From Minisyncoccota bacterium (lineage in GTDB: Bacteria; Patescibacteriota; Minisyncoccia; UBA6257; XYB1-36-10), in assembly GCA_041651415.1 (NCBI GenBank), contig JBAZJH010000001.1:215713-279712 (forward strand): 64,000 nt of DNA. The letters run 5' to 3'. A model generated the notes under the pieces. The model ran no database searches, was not told the origin of the DNA, and saw nothing but the letters and a program-made list of their open reading frames with translations. Positions 18,893 to 27,873 of the stretch are shown here, one piece after another (position 1 is the first letter of the stretch; each line of letters opens with the position of its first letter). The translations under genes and the position numbers were made by a program.

Positions 18893-20674
18893 TTATCTCG
18901 GCGGTCCGCCTCCTCCCATATCGAATAATCCTCCCGAAGACGAGCTTTTGCTTGAAGAAGAACTTAAGGAGCTGGAAGAAGTTGAAGTTGTGGTCTTCTC
19001 GATTATTTTTTCGTTTTCGCTTAAACCGGAAATTATTTCAGTGTTTTCATCATCGGAAATTCCGATTTTAACTTGTCTTTTTTGGATAGAAGAATCATTA
19101 GCTAAAATTTCTACATAAGAAGAATCATTTTCCGTTTTTATGGCCAAGCTTGGCGCCAGAAGAATATCCTGCTTGGAATCAGTAATAATGGAAGCGGTAA
19201 CGCTCATACCCGGTTTAACTCTGTCGTCTTGAACGTCAAAACTTATTTTTAAACTATAAGAAACAACTCCTTGAGAAACAGAACCAATGGAATCCAATTC
19301 CGCCACTTCGCCGGATAAACTTAAACCATCAATAGCGTCAAAAGAAAGCGCAACTTTGTTGCCAACTTTTATTTTGGAAGCGTCAACTTCATTCAAGGAG
19401 ATCTCCGCTATTTTTTGGTCGGCAATGAAAGTGCCGATAGACGCGCCGCTTGAAACAGAATCTCCTTTTTTTATGACAAGCGCAGCTAAAGTTCCGTTAA
19501 AAGGCGCGCGAATATAGCAAGAAGACAAATCCTTTTTCGCGTCTAAAAGGTCATTTTCTTTTTGTCTGACGGTGATTTTAGCAGACCTTATTTCTAATTC
19601 ATCGGCGCCGGCTTTCAGTTCTTTAAGAGATTCCGAACTTTCTTCTATGGTCCTTTTGGCGCTAGTGATGGAATTTTTAGCGCTTTCAATGGAATTTTTG
19701 GCGGAAAGCAGATCAGAGAGAGTTGAGTTTACTTCGCTTGTGTATGAATTAAGAGTGGAGAGATGAGTGTCGGAAAGAGATTTAGGCGTAAGATTATGGT
19801 CAAGAAAAACTTCTCTGTAAAATTGAATAAGATTAGTGGCGCTTTTAACCGTTTCGGAAATATCTCTGGTCAATAGATAAGTTTCATCAATTAAAGTTTC
19901 TATTTCCTCGTCGCTGGCGGAACGGGAAGTTGCTTTATATTTGCCGGAAATTTCTTCATATTCCAATTTTGCCGCCGTATGTTTTGTTTTTAAATCGTCT
20001 TTGTAGTCATCAGCCGCATCATCAAACTGGGCGGCAGAGTTGGCATAAAAATCGATATTCCACTGCGAACTTCCTCCCAAGGCAGAACTTGAAGTATATA
20101 AAGTATCTTGAAGACCGGACATAACGCTAGGCAGATTAAGAAAAGTATTGGAGATGCTGGTAAATCCGTCTTCATAAGCTTTTTTTAAATCTTCTTCAGC
20201 GCTTTTTTTCGATTCTTCCGCCTTAATCAAATTATTTTCAGCTTGAATAAGAGAAAGGCCGCTTGCCGGTTTAAGAAGCTCTTCAAGATTAAGATTGGCA
20301 GTTTCAAGGTCAATTTCGGCATCACGCACGGCTTTTTCCGCATCGCTTGCGTCAAGAGAAGCAATCAAAGCTCCGCTTTGCATTTTTGCGCCGGGAGAAA
20401 CGGCAACATAAACGACATCGCTGGAAGTTTTGGCTTTCAAGTCAACTTCATTGGAAGAAGAAACTTGCCCGCTGCCGGAAACGGAAACCGTGATAGTTCC
20501 CTTTTTTACGGAAGCCAGAACATATTTTGTTTCAGCAGTTGAACCGCTGAATAAATTAAAAATCCAAAAAATAAAAAAGAGGGAAAAAAGGAAAGAGACG
20601 GCGGCAATTCTTTCGTGCGCCGCGGCAAAAGATTTTATTTTTTGAACCGATTCTTTTTGAAATATTTTTAACAT
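18893..20674 (-). CDS. Efflux membrane-fusion (MacA/HlyD-like) subunit with a long coiled coil
   Basis: TM, then VSGSGQV, APFNG, NEVD and KPGMSV. Confidence 0.85.
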   Translation of the reverse strand: MLKIFQKESVQKIKSFAAAHERIAAVSFLFSLFFIFWIFNLFSGSTAETKYVLASVKKGTITVSVSGSGQVSSSNEVDLKAKTSSDVVYVAVSPGAKMQSGALIASLDASDAEKAVRDAEIDLETANLNLEELLKPASGLSLIQAENNLIKAEESKKSAEEDLKKAYEDGFTSISNTFLNLPSVMSGLQDTLYTSSSALGGSSQWNIDFYANSAAQFDDAADDYKDDLKTKHTAAKLEYEEISGKYKATSRSASDEEIETLIDETYLLTRDISETVKSATNLIQFYREVFLDHNLTPKSLSDTHLSTLNSYTSEVNSTLSDLLSAKNSIESAKNSITSAKRTIEESSESLKELKAGADELEIRSAKITVRQKENDLLDAKKDLSSCYIRAPFNGTLAALVIKKGDSVSSGASIGTFIADQKIAEISLNEVDASKIKVGNKVALSFDAIDGLSLSGEVAELDSIGSVSQGVVSYSLKISFDVQDDRVKPGMSVTASIITDSKQDILLAPSLAIKTENDSSYVEILANDSSIQKRQVKIGISDDENTEIISGLSENEKIIEKTTTSTSSSSLSSSSSKSSSSGGLFDMGGGGPPR

Positions 20675-20805
20675 AAATTTTCGCGAAAATTATAAAAACA
20701 AATGAATAGAATTTAAATAACTAAAATATAAATAAACCCTTTTAATATTACGAAAAGAAAAAACAAAAAAATTCAAAGCGCTTGTTTTGTTAATCTATTT
20801 TCAAG

Positions 20806-20845
20806 CCTGCCTGCTGGTAGGCAGGGCAGGTAGGCGGCAGGCAGG
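20806..20845. repeat. CCTGCCTGCCGGyAGGCAGG-type palindrome (compound copy)
   Basis: Matches copies at 57186 and 58527. Confidence 0.7.
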
Positions 20846-21002
20846 AATTTAAGAATGGAATTAAAAATGAAGAAGAGTATAATAAAAAGTAGCATACAGA
20901 AAATCTTTTTTCCGTAAAGGTCCTCGGAAAAAAGAAATGCCTTGTCCCCTCTTTAATTAGGGGGGAATTTTTTATAAAAAATGGAAGGCGTTAATTATTT
21001 TC

Positions 21003-21036
21003 CTTATTCCAATGTTCTGCAGAACATTGGAATAAG
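21003..21036. repeat. Perfect 34-bp palindrome
   Basis: cttattccaatgttctg|cagaacattggaataag. Confidence 0.8.
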
Positions 21037-21093
21037 AAATTCAAAAAATTGATTTTTGGCGGAAAAATAAGTATTATTTTAAAGAAAAAAGAA

Positions 21094-21157
21094 TGCCGGA
21101 TCGTCTAAAGGCCCGCCTCGACGAGCTGAGCTCGTCTCAGCGAGGCGGGTAGGACAT
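21094..21157 (+). pseudogene. Duplicated 5' part of tRNA-Gln, interrupted by a 38-bp hairpin
   Basis: tgccggatcgtctaaagg[cccgcctcg...cgaggcggg]taggacat equals the first 26 nt of the tRNA at 21422. Confidence 0.85.
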
Positions 21158-21164
21158 AATAATA

Positions 21165-21413
21165 ATGCATATACTTCATCTGTTGAAAAGCATTAATTTT
21201 TCAAAAAGTTATATCGGTATAACTAATAATCCAGAAAGAAGATTAAAAGAACACAATTCTGGAAAAAGTTTTTACACAAAAAAGTATTCGCCATGGAAAA
21301 TAATTTATACCGAAGAATGTAAGAATTTCAAAGAAGCAAGAGAACGGGAAAAATTCTACAAATCAAGCGTAGGAAGAAGAGCTTTAAAAAAGATATTTGA
21401 TAAGTTAGGATAG
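21165..21413 (+). CDS. Small GIY-YIG nuclease (UPF0213/SLX1-like)
   Basis: YIGIT.NPERRLKEHNSG...T....PW...E...ARERE. Confidence 0.9.
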   Translation: MHILHLLKSINFSKSYIGITNNPERRLKEHNSGKSFYTKKYSPWKIIYTEECKNFKEAREREKFYKSSVGRRALKKIFDKLG

Positions 21414-21421
21414 ATTATATT

Positions 21422-21495
21422 TGCCGGATCGTCTAAAGGTAGGACATGGGCCTTTGAAGCCCAGTATCTTGGTTCGATTCCAAGTCCGGCAGCCA
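21422..21495 (+). tRNA. tRNA-Gln(TTG)
   Basis: Acceptor stem tgccgga/tccggca, anticodon arm tgggc-ctTTGaa-gccca, GGTTCGA T-loop, encoded CCA. Confidence 0.95.
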
Positions 21496-21680
21496 AAGTC
21501 AGCGTGGTATCATGGCAAGACCACCTTGCCTCAGTAATGCTCTAATTTCTCCTTCCCTAAAATGTGATACAGGCTGAGTGCCGTATTCAAGACAAAAAAT
21601 CACCGATTAATTTCGATGTTTTTTTGTTTTTTCTGGGACTAGAAATTTATTTCTACATTTGATATGATCTCCTCGAGCTT

Positions 21681-21884
21681 ATGTTTGATATATCAAAAAA
21701 CTTCGGGAAAAAAGTCAGGGAAATACGCCTAAGAAATAAGATGTCTCAAGCCGGTTTAGCCAAGATTCTTGGGGTACACCCCACCGATATTAGTGGTATC
21801 GAGCGCGGCATGAGAAATATGGCTCTTAAGAATATCGAAAGGTTAGCAAAAGCTTTGAACGTATCAGTTAAAGATTTACTCTAA
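21681..21884 (+). CDS. XRE-family HTH regulator
   Basis: FGKKVREIR....MSQ..LA...GVH...ISGIERG.RN..L.NI..LAKAL. Confidence 0.9.
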   Translation: MFDISKNFGKKVREIRLRNKMSQAGLAKILGVHPTDISGIERGMRNMALKNIERLAKALNVSVKDLL

Positions 21885-21891
21885 TAACACC

Positions 21892-22734
21892 ATGGCTCAA
21901 CCATTTAACTCAAACCTCGTAATAGAGGAAAAAATATCGGAAGCCGATTTTAAGGCCTATAGCGTCGGCTATGAGCAGAATCAATTCAGGTTTAAGCCTC
22001 TCGTCGATTTGATATGTGAGGTTATTCCCGAATTTGCGCTCGGTTACCATGAAGGCAAGGAGACGCCAAATACACAGATTGTTTCTAGACTTCGCGAAGC
22101 TGCGCGTACGATCTATGGTACTAACAAATTCGAAAATCGTGGTGAGTTTGGCGAGTTAATACTCCATCTATTACTTCGTGATTTCCACGACACGATTCCG
22201 TTAGTTGCCAAGATATATTTTAAAGATGCACAAAATAACGCCGTCCACGGATTTGATGGGGTACATATAACAATTGAACCAGGAAAGAAGAAGTTGTGGC
22301 TCGGGGAATCCAAGATTTACTCCGACGGCTTTGCAGGGATTTCTTCCTTAGCGGAAGATCTCGAAAAACATATTCAGGCAGACTACTTGAAGTCTGAATT
22401 CAGCCTTATAAAGCACAAGCTTCCTGCCAACACTCCCGAAATAGAATACTGGCGGAACCTTATGGATGAACATAAAAATCTCGACGAGATATTAAACGGA
22501 ATCTGTATCCCGATGGTCTGTACCTACTCAAGCAAGACAGTTAAAGACCATAACGCAATTACCAAAGATTATGTTAATGCTTTTACCGAAGAGTGCCAAA
22601 AACTGAAAGAGAAATTCGATGAGAAAAAGATCGCGACGAATGTCGAGGTAATTCTTATGCTTTTACCTATACCAGATAAAGAGGAATTGGTGACCGAATT
22701 AGACGAGCGATTAAAGGCCATGCGCATGGACTAA
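21892..22734 (+). CDS. hamA: Hachiman anti-phage nuclease HamA (DUF1837)
   Basis: GEFGELILH, HGFDGVH and LWLGESKIY motifs; directly upstream of a Ski2-like helicase. Confidence 0.85.
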   Translation: MAQPFNSNLVIEEKISEADFKAYSVGYEQNQFRFKPLVDLICEVIPEFALGYHEGKETPNTQIVSRLREAARTIYGTNKFENRGEFGELILHLLLRDFHDTIPLVAKIYFKDAQNNAVHGFDGVHITIEPGKKKLWLGESKIYSDGFAGISSLAEDLEKHIQADYLKSEFSLIKHKLPANTPEIEYWRNLMDEHKNLDEILNGICIPMVCTYSSKTVKDHNAITKDYVNAFTEECQKLKEKFDEKKIATNVEVILMLLPIPDKEELVTELDERLKAMRMD

Positions 22735-22741
22735 AAAATTT

Positions 22742-24907
22742 ATGGATACCGAAGCCGCAAAATTGTTAATTACCGAGAATCGAGACCTGAGTTTCGAAGA
22801 GAGCTTTCAGCTTTCTCAGTTATGCTCCAAGCTATTAAATGTAAAAGACGCGTCCATTGCTGGACGCGATTTAATTATTCGAGTTTTGGATATTTGGGAA
22901 CGAATTCCCGCGTCAACTCAGACAATGTGGAAAGACTTGATCGAAGCCGCGGGATTCTATCCTTATCTTGAAAAACAGGATTTGTGCGGAGCCGGACTTT
23001 TGCGTCGCGAATATCATCGCTCAAAATATCTTTCGGAAGAAACCTACCTACACGCCGAACAGATGGATCTCTCCATCATGCTGGATACCTCAAACAGCTT
23101 GATAGTCAGTGCTCCAACAAGTTTTGGCAAGAGTAAACTCATTGAAGAAATCGTTGCCAGTGGGAAGTATAATAATATTGTAATCATTCAACCCACGCTG
23201 GCGCTTTTAGATGAGACCAGAAAAAAACTGAGAAAATATGCAAGCGACTACAACATGGTCGTTACCACCACCCAAAAGCCCCAAAGTGGCAAGAACCTCT
23301 TCTTGTTTACTGGCGAGCGCGTTGCGGAGTACGAGCATTTCCCAGCTGTTGATTTTTTTGTAATTGATGAATTCTATAAATTGAGTATCGAGCGCGACGA
23401 TGAGAGGGCGGCTTCACTCAACCATGCGTTGTATAAGTTGCTTAGCATGACTCACAAATTCTATATGCTCGGTCCCAGCATTAACTCCATACCGCCGGGA
23501 TTCGCTGAGCGACACAACGCTGTATGGTTTAAGACTGATTTTGCAACCGTTGCCGTAGATATTGAGCGGATTTGGGAGAAAGTCGGGAGAGCAAAAGAAG
23601 AAGAAAAAGAAGCGCCGTTATTTGACCTCTTAAAAGACCTCAGGGAGCCAACAATCATTTACTGCAGTTCGCCAAATAAAACAAACAAACTCACTCAAAG
23701 CTTTTTAAAATATGTACTATTGAATGAAAAGCTCAAATCTGAACTCCAAAATAATAATAACGACAACGCAATCGACTGGATAAAAGAGAATATTCATGAG
23801 GACTGGATTCTTGCGAAGTCGCTTAAGTACTCTATCGGAATGCATCATGGTGCACTTCCACGCCATCTTTCAAGCTCTATTATCGATTTTTTTAATAGGG
23901 GCGATGTACGTTATCTATTTTGCACCTCTACGTTAATTGAAGGGGTTAACACCTCGGCAAAAAATGTCGTCCTATTTGACGAGAAGAAGGGATCAAAGGC
24001 GATTGACTATTTCGATTTTAAGAATATAGCTGGCCGATCTGGCAGAATGAAAGAACACTTCATCGGCAAAGTTTTTCAATTTCATAAAGAACCTAAGCAA
24101 GAGGAGCTCGATATTGATATTCCACTTTTTACTCAAACCAATGCCCCTCTCGAATTACTTGTCCAAATTGATCCAAAGGAAATTAAAGAGACCGCGATGA
24201 AGAAGTTGGTTAAATTCTCAGAGCTAAGTAATTCAGTACAAGAACTTATAAAGCAAAACAAGGGAGTTTCCGTGGAAGGGCAAATGACAGTAATCGATAT
24301 TTTGAGAAATAATATCGATACTCTCCATGACAAGATTTCCTGGAGCGGCGTCCCATGTTATCCGGAACTGGTTTACGTCATTAGTTTGGCTTGGGAACAC
24401 TTTCGAACAGTTCGCTCGTCAGAGGGTGGCGCTCACAGTCCCAAACATCTCGCTACTCTCACGCTTCAATATATTGGCACAAAGTCGATCAGAGGCATGA
24501 TTGATAAGATGGTTAAAAGCGATTATTGGGTAGCGCACAGACCCGATATACAAGAACGCATTGAGATTATTGTGGATACGGTTTTGCAAGTAAACCAGCA
24601 CTGGTTTAGATATAAGCTACCGAAGTGGCTTTCTGTATTGTCTGAAATTCAGAAATTTGTGTGTCAAGAAAAAGGTTTGCAGTTTGGAGATTATGGCGTA
24701 TTAGCCAATCTCATAGAAAATTCTTTCTTGCCAAGTCATTTGGGAGTCCTTCTTGAATATGGCTTACCACCATCTGCTATTAGAAAAATTGGCGACTATA
24801 TTAAGGAAGAAATGGAGCCGGAGAAATTGATTGCGGCAATCAAACGCCTTGATCCAAATAAGTTAGGACTACTTCCTTACGAAGTAGACAAGTTAAAAGA
24901 TTTATAA
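22742..24907 (+). CDS. hamB: Hachiman helicase HamB (SF2 DEAD/DEAH)
   Basis: SAPTSFGKS, DEFY, HHG, TSTLIEGVN and NIAGRSGR motifs. Confidence 0.87.
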   Translation: MDTEAAKLLITENRDLSFEESFQLSQLCSKLLNVKDASIAGRDLIIRVLDIWERIPASTQTMWKDLIEAAGFYPYLEKQDLCGAGLLRREYHRSKYLSEETYLHAEQMDLSIMLDTSNSLIVSAPTSFGKSKLIEEIVASGKYNNIVIIQPTLALLDETRKKLRKYASDYNMVVTTTQKPQSGKNLFLFTGERVAEYEHFPAVDFFVIDEFYKLSIERDDERAASLNHALYKLLSMTHKFYMLGPSINSIPPGFAERHNAVWFKTDFATVAVDIERIWEKVGRAKEEEKEAPLFDLLKDLREPTIIYCSSPNKTNKLTQSFLKYVLLNEKLKSELQNNNNDNAIDWIKENIHEDWILAKSLKYSIGMHHGALPRHLSSSIIDFFNRGDVRYLFCTSTLIEGVNTSAKNVVLFDEKKGSKAIDYFDFKNIAGRSGRMKEHFIGKVFQFHKEPKQEELDIDIPLFTQTNAPLELLVQIDPKEIKETAMKKLVKFSELSNSVQELIKQNKGVSVEGQMTVIDILRNNIDTLHDKISWSGVPCYPELVYVISLAWEHFRTVRSSEGGAHSPKHLATLTLQYIGTKSIRGMIDKMVKSDYWVAHRPDIQERIEIIVDTVLQVNQHWFRYKLPKWLSVLSEIQKFVCQEKGLQFGDYGVLANLIENSFLPSHLGVLLEYGLPPSAIRKIGDYIKEEMEPEKLIAAIKRLDPNKLGLLPYEVDKLKDL

Positions 24908-24958
24908 AATCTATACTACAAGTAAATAAATTGCTATTATACTGCCTTAAAGAAAGGA

Positions 24959-25291
24959 TTGAAATTCATAGTCCGCAAAAAAGTATTAAAGCGCATAAGC
25001 ATTACCACACCCGATGGAGAGACGATAGAAGAAAAAGGAAATATGGATGTTGAAATAACAATTGATGCTTTACACTATAAAAGAAAGTACGACGCTGCAA
25101 TATTTTTTACCGGTGATTCTGATTTTTTAGCGTTAATAACCTATCTGCAGAGAGATGGAAAAAAAGTGTATGTATTTTCTTCGAAAAATAATATTTCCGA
25201 AGAGCTACGAACTGGAAGTGATGGGTATTCTGATGTGTTAATTATCACAAACGACATCTGGGGAAGAGAATTAAAACATCGTTTAAAATGA
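24959..25291 (+). pseudogene. NYN (PIN-like) domain protein, N-terminally truncated
   Basis: KGNMDVEITID and TGDSDF present; the N-terminal DxxN segment is absent. Confidence 0.65.
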
Positions 25292-25519
25292 AAGCAACCC
25301 TCCTTGCGGAGGGTTGCCCTTGGATGTGATACCCTTCTAGTTATGGCTAAACCAGAAGATAGTATTAGTATAGCAAAAGATGAATATGCGAGTCAATAGT
25401 TATCCACAATAATATTTATAAATTAAATATATTTTAAACAAAAAACCCCGAGAGAGTCGGGGTTTGAAAATTGCAATCGTATCTCTTCGATAAACTCAGA
25501 GAATAAAAGAACTAAAAAA

Positions 25520-26440
25520 TCAGAACATAAATTGAAGGCGGGCGAGGAAGCGGCAGTCCCTATCCCCTGCGAGCGGAGTTTCAACATCCGCCGTAAGGGA
25601 AAGATTCTTTTTGAAGCTGAACAAGCGAATGCCGTTTGCCCAAATTAAATCAGAAGATTTTCCTTCTCTTGCGCCTAAATCCAGACGGCTATGAAGTTCC
25701 AGCCATTTTGCCGGATAATAGGCGCCAAATAGATAACCACCGAAAGAGTCGCCGCGCAAGTCGTTTGAAGAACGATAAAGCGCGACACGAAGATAAGATT
25801 CGTTATTAATCTTCCAAGTGCCGTCCATTCCAAAATTCTGATATTCTTCGGAAATTTGGATGTTCTCGGAAAGAGAAAAATTATCACCAAACTTCTTCGT
25901 CAATCTAGCGGAAGTTTCCGGATATTCAAAACTTTTTGAATTATCGAAGGAGTATCCGGAACTGGTAGTGATGTCAGTTAATAAACTCCATCCGTTTTCA
26001 AACGCTCCCACAAACTGAATGCCGTAACCGTAAGAACGGAAAGGTTCAGTGAGCGGACAACTAATTGTTTCCATTTTAAACGGAGGGATACTGGAAAAAA
26101 ATGCGCTAGTGACAACACGACCGAATCTTATCTTCCAGTTCTCATTTAAACCGCGTTCCAGATAAAATTTTCTTAGCCAGTTTATCTCTTCGCGATTCAT
26201 ATGGGCGAAGTTTTCTTCCATAACCAGCTTCCAATCATCGTCGAATTTAACCGTCTGCCAAGTTCGGAAATAAGGCCAATCGAATTCCGGGTCGGCATTT
26301 TCGATGAAAGTAAGCTGAGTATAACCGGCGATATCAATTGAAACACCGGCAATAGAGACGGAGCCGATTAATGGCTCTTGCGAGAAAGCGACAGGAATTG
26401 CGAATAAAGCAACAATAACGAAAGACAACAGAACTTTCAT
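25520..26440 (-). CDS. Secreted beta-barrel porin-like protein (OprO/P-like architecture)
   Basis: Signal peptide, alternating aromatic beta-strands (GYTQ, WKIRFGR, YGIQF) and C-terminal RFLARLQFMF. Confidence 0.65.
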   Translation of the reverse strand: MKVLLSFVIVALFAIPVAFSQEPLIGSVSIAGVSIDIAGYTQLTFIENADPEFDWPYFRTWQTVKFDDDWKLVMEENFAHMNREEINWLRKFYLERGLNENWKIRFGRVVTSAFFSSIPPFKMETISCPLTEPFRSYGYGIQFVGAFENGWSLLTDITTSSGYSFDNSKSFEYPETSARLTKKFGDNFSLSENIQISEEYQNFGMDGTWKINNESYLRVALYRSSNDLRGDSFGGYLFGAYYPAKWLELHSRLDLGAREGKSSDLIWANGIRLFSFKKNLSLTADVETPLAGDRDCRFLARLQFMF

Positions 26441-26488
26441 TTTCTTCTCCTTTTAGGCCGCGCAAGCGGCAGGAGAAGAAATAAAAAT
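26433..26488 (-). promoter_or_regulatory. mRNA hairpin sequestering the SD and AUG of the porin-like gene
   Basis: Minus strand: attttta-tttcttctcct-gccgc-ttgc-gcggc-ctaaa-aggagaagaaa-atgaaagt, with an 11-bp perfect stem over AGGAG. Confidence 0.75.
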
Positions 26489-27748
26489 ATCTCTTGCCTC
26501 TTTAGGCGGCGCTCTCGGTTGAACTACGATTAGAAATTCTCGGTTTAAAACTTTTTTCACACTGGCTTCGGATATTATGAAATCCGGAGCTTGAAAAATG
26601 ACCGGTTCAATTCCGATAAAACAAAGATTAATTTTCTTTATTTTTGGAAGTTTGAATGAAGAAAAAACGTTTTTAAAAGAAATTCCTTCATTCGATTTCA
26701 AAACTTCGTTTTCGGAATCGATTTGACTGGAGATAAAAACGACCGGTTTTGAGATTTGCGATTTTGCAGACACAAGGCTGAAAGAGCCTAAAATCCAAAC
26801 GGCAAAACCAGCCAGAGCCGGGCGATAAACCAGTTCTTTTTCCGCTTTAGTGATGGCGTCTTCAAAAGACAAGACAGGCGCCATTACTTTTGCCCAGATG
26901 GCTTTTTCTTCAAGAGCAGTCGGCCGATAACCGGATTCTTTCGTTTTCAGAAATTCACGCAAAATTTTCCGATAACATCTTAGAGAATTTGCCGTTTCCG
27001 AAACGAAAATAAGTCCGAATGGGCCGAAACAACCGGCATAAAAAATCTCACGGTAATCGAAATAAACTTTTTCGATTACCGCTTTAAAAGATTTTTTAAC
27101 AAACCAGACGTTCAAAAGCAGGCAAAAGACAGACGGAAAAACCAGAAGGTAATACCACTTTAGAAACCACAGCCCGACGGCAGGCCAATCAATATCAACC
27201 CGCATACAATCCGGCTGAGGCGTTTCCGCAAAAGCCTGCATCACCTTAAAGTTAAGTATGACTTTCGCATGTTCTTTTCGAGCTAAGTCATTTTCCGCAA
27301 AAAGTTTTTTATAGCTTTCTGGGGTTTCTTCCGGAGGCTGCCAATTATCGACAAAACATTCTCTTGCTTTGTCCATTATAAAAGAAGTTTTATCTGTCCA
27401 ATCAACTTCAATTTTTGAACAAAATTCAACAATTTGATAATTGAAAGAAGTGGCTTCCTTCAAATCAAGATTTTTTACTTCCACTTTCTTTTTGACTTGG
27501 TCCATTACTTGGGAGATTTCAGCAATGGTTTCTTCGTAAGCAAGAGTTCCCGGGAGAATAATATTTTTTTGTCGTTCTTCAATGCGCTTACTAAACCAAG
27601 ACCAGTCAATAAAGAGAGCGATAAAGGAAATAAAAATCAAAAGAGAAAAAAATGTTTGCCAAGAATTGACAGGTTCCTCGTTGCGCCATTGGTTTTTTTG
27701 CGGATGCGGATAAATTTCAGTTCCAAACCAGTTATATCCGTAATACAT
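26453..27748 (-). CDS. Multi-TM hypothetical protein with a C-terminal RAPP arrest-like motif
   Basis: Several hydrophobic segments; ...VVQPRAPP lies 16 residues before the stop. Confidence 0.7.
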   Translation of the reverse strand: MYYGYNWFGTEIYPHPQKNQWRNEEPVNSWQTFFSLLIFISFIALFIDWSWFSKRIEERQKNIILPGTLAYEETIAEISQVMDQVKKKVEVKNLDLKEATSFNYQIVEFCSKIEVDWTDKTSFIMDKARECFVDNWQPPEETPESYKKLFAENDLARKEHAKVILNFKVMQAFAETPQPDCMRVDIDWPAVGLWFLKWYYLLVFPSVFCLLLNVWFVKKSFKAVIEKVYFDYREIFYAGCFGPFGLIFVSETANSLRCYRKILREFLKTKESGYRPTALEEKAIWAKVMAPVLSFEDAITKAEKELVYRPALAGFAVWILGSFSLVSAKSQISKPVVFISSQIDSENEVLKSNEGISFKNVFSSFKLPKIKKINLCFIGIEPVIFQAPDFIISEASVKKVLNREFLIVVQPRAPPKEARDIFISSPAACAA

Positions 27749-27873
27749 CTTTTCTCACCTTCTTTCTTTATTAAGTTGTCAAAATAAAACTGGCTATATT
27801 ATATAATGTTTTTATAAAAAAGTCAAAAAGCGAATGAGGAAAATCGCTTATACTAAAAAAGACGAGAAAAAAA

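Noticed and set aside
21094-21495. tRNA-Gln containing a group I intron with a homing endonuclease
   Set aside because: The downstream tRNA is complete on its own and the 5' part is duplicated; no intron core is visible
25400-25408. Perfect DnaA box TTATCCACA as oriC
   Set aside because: Single box; no cluster and no dnaA/dnaN nearby
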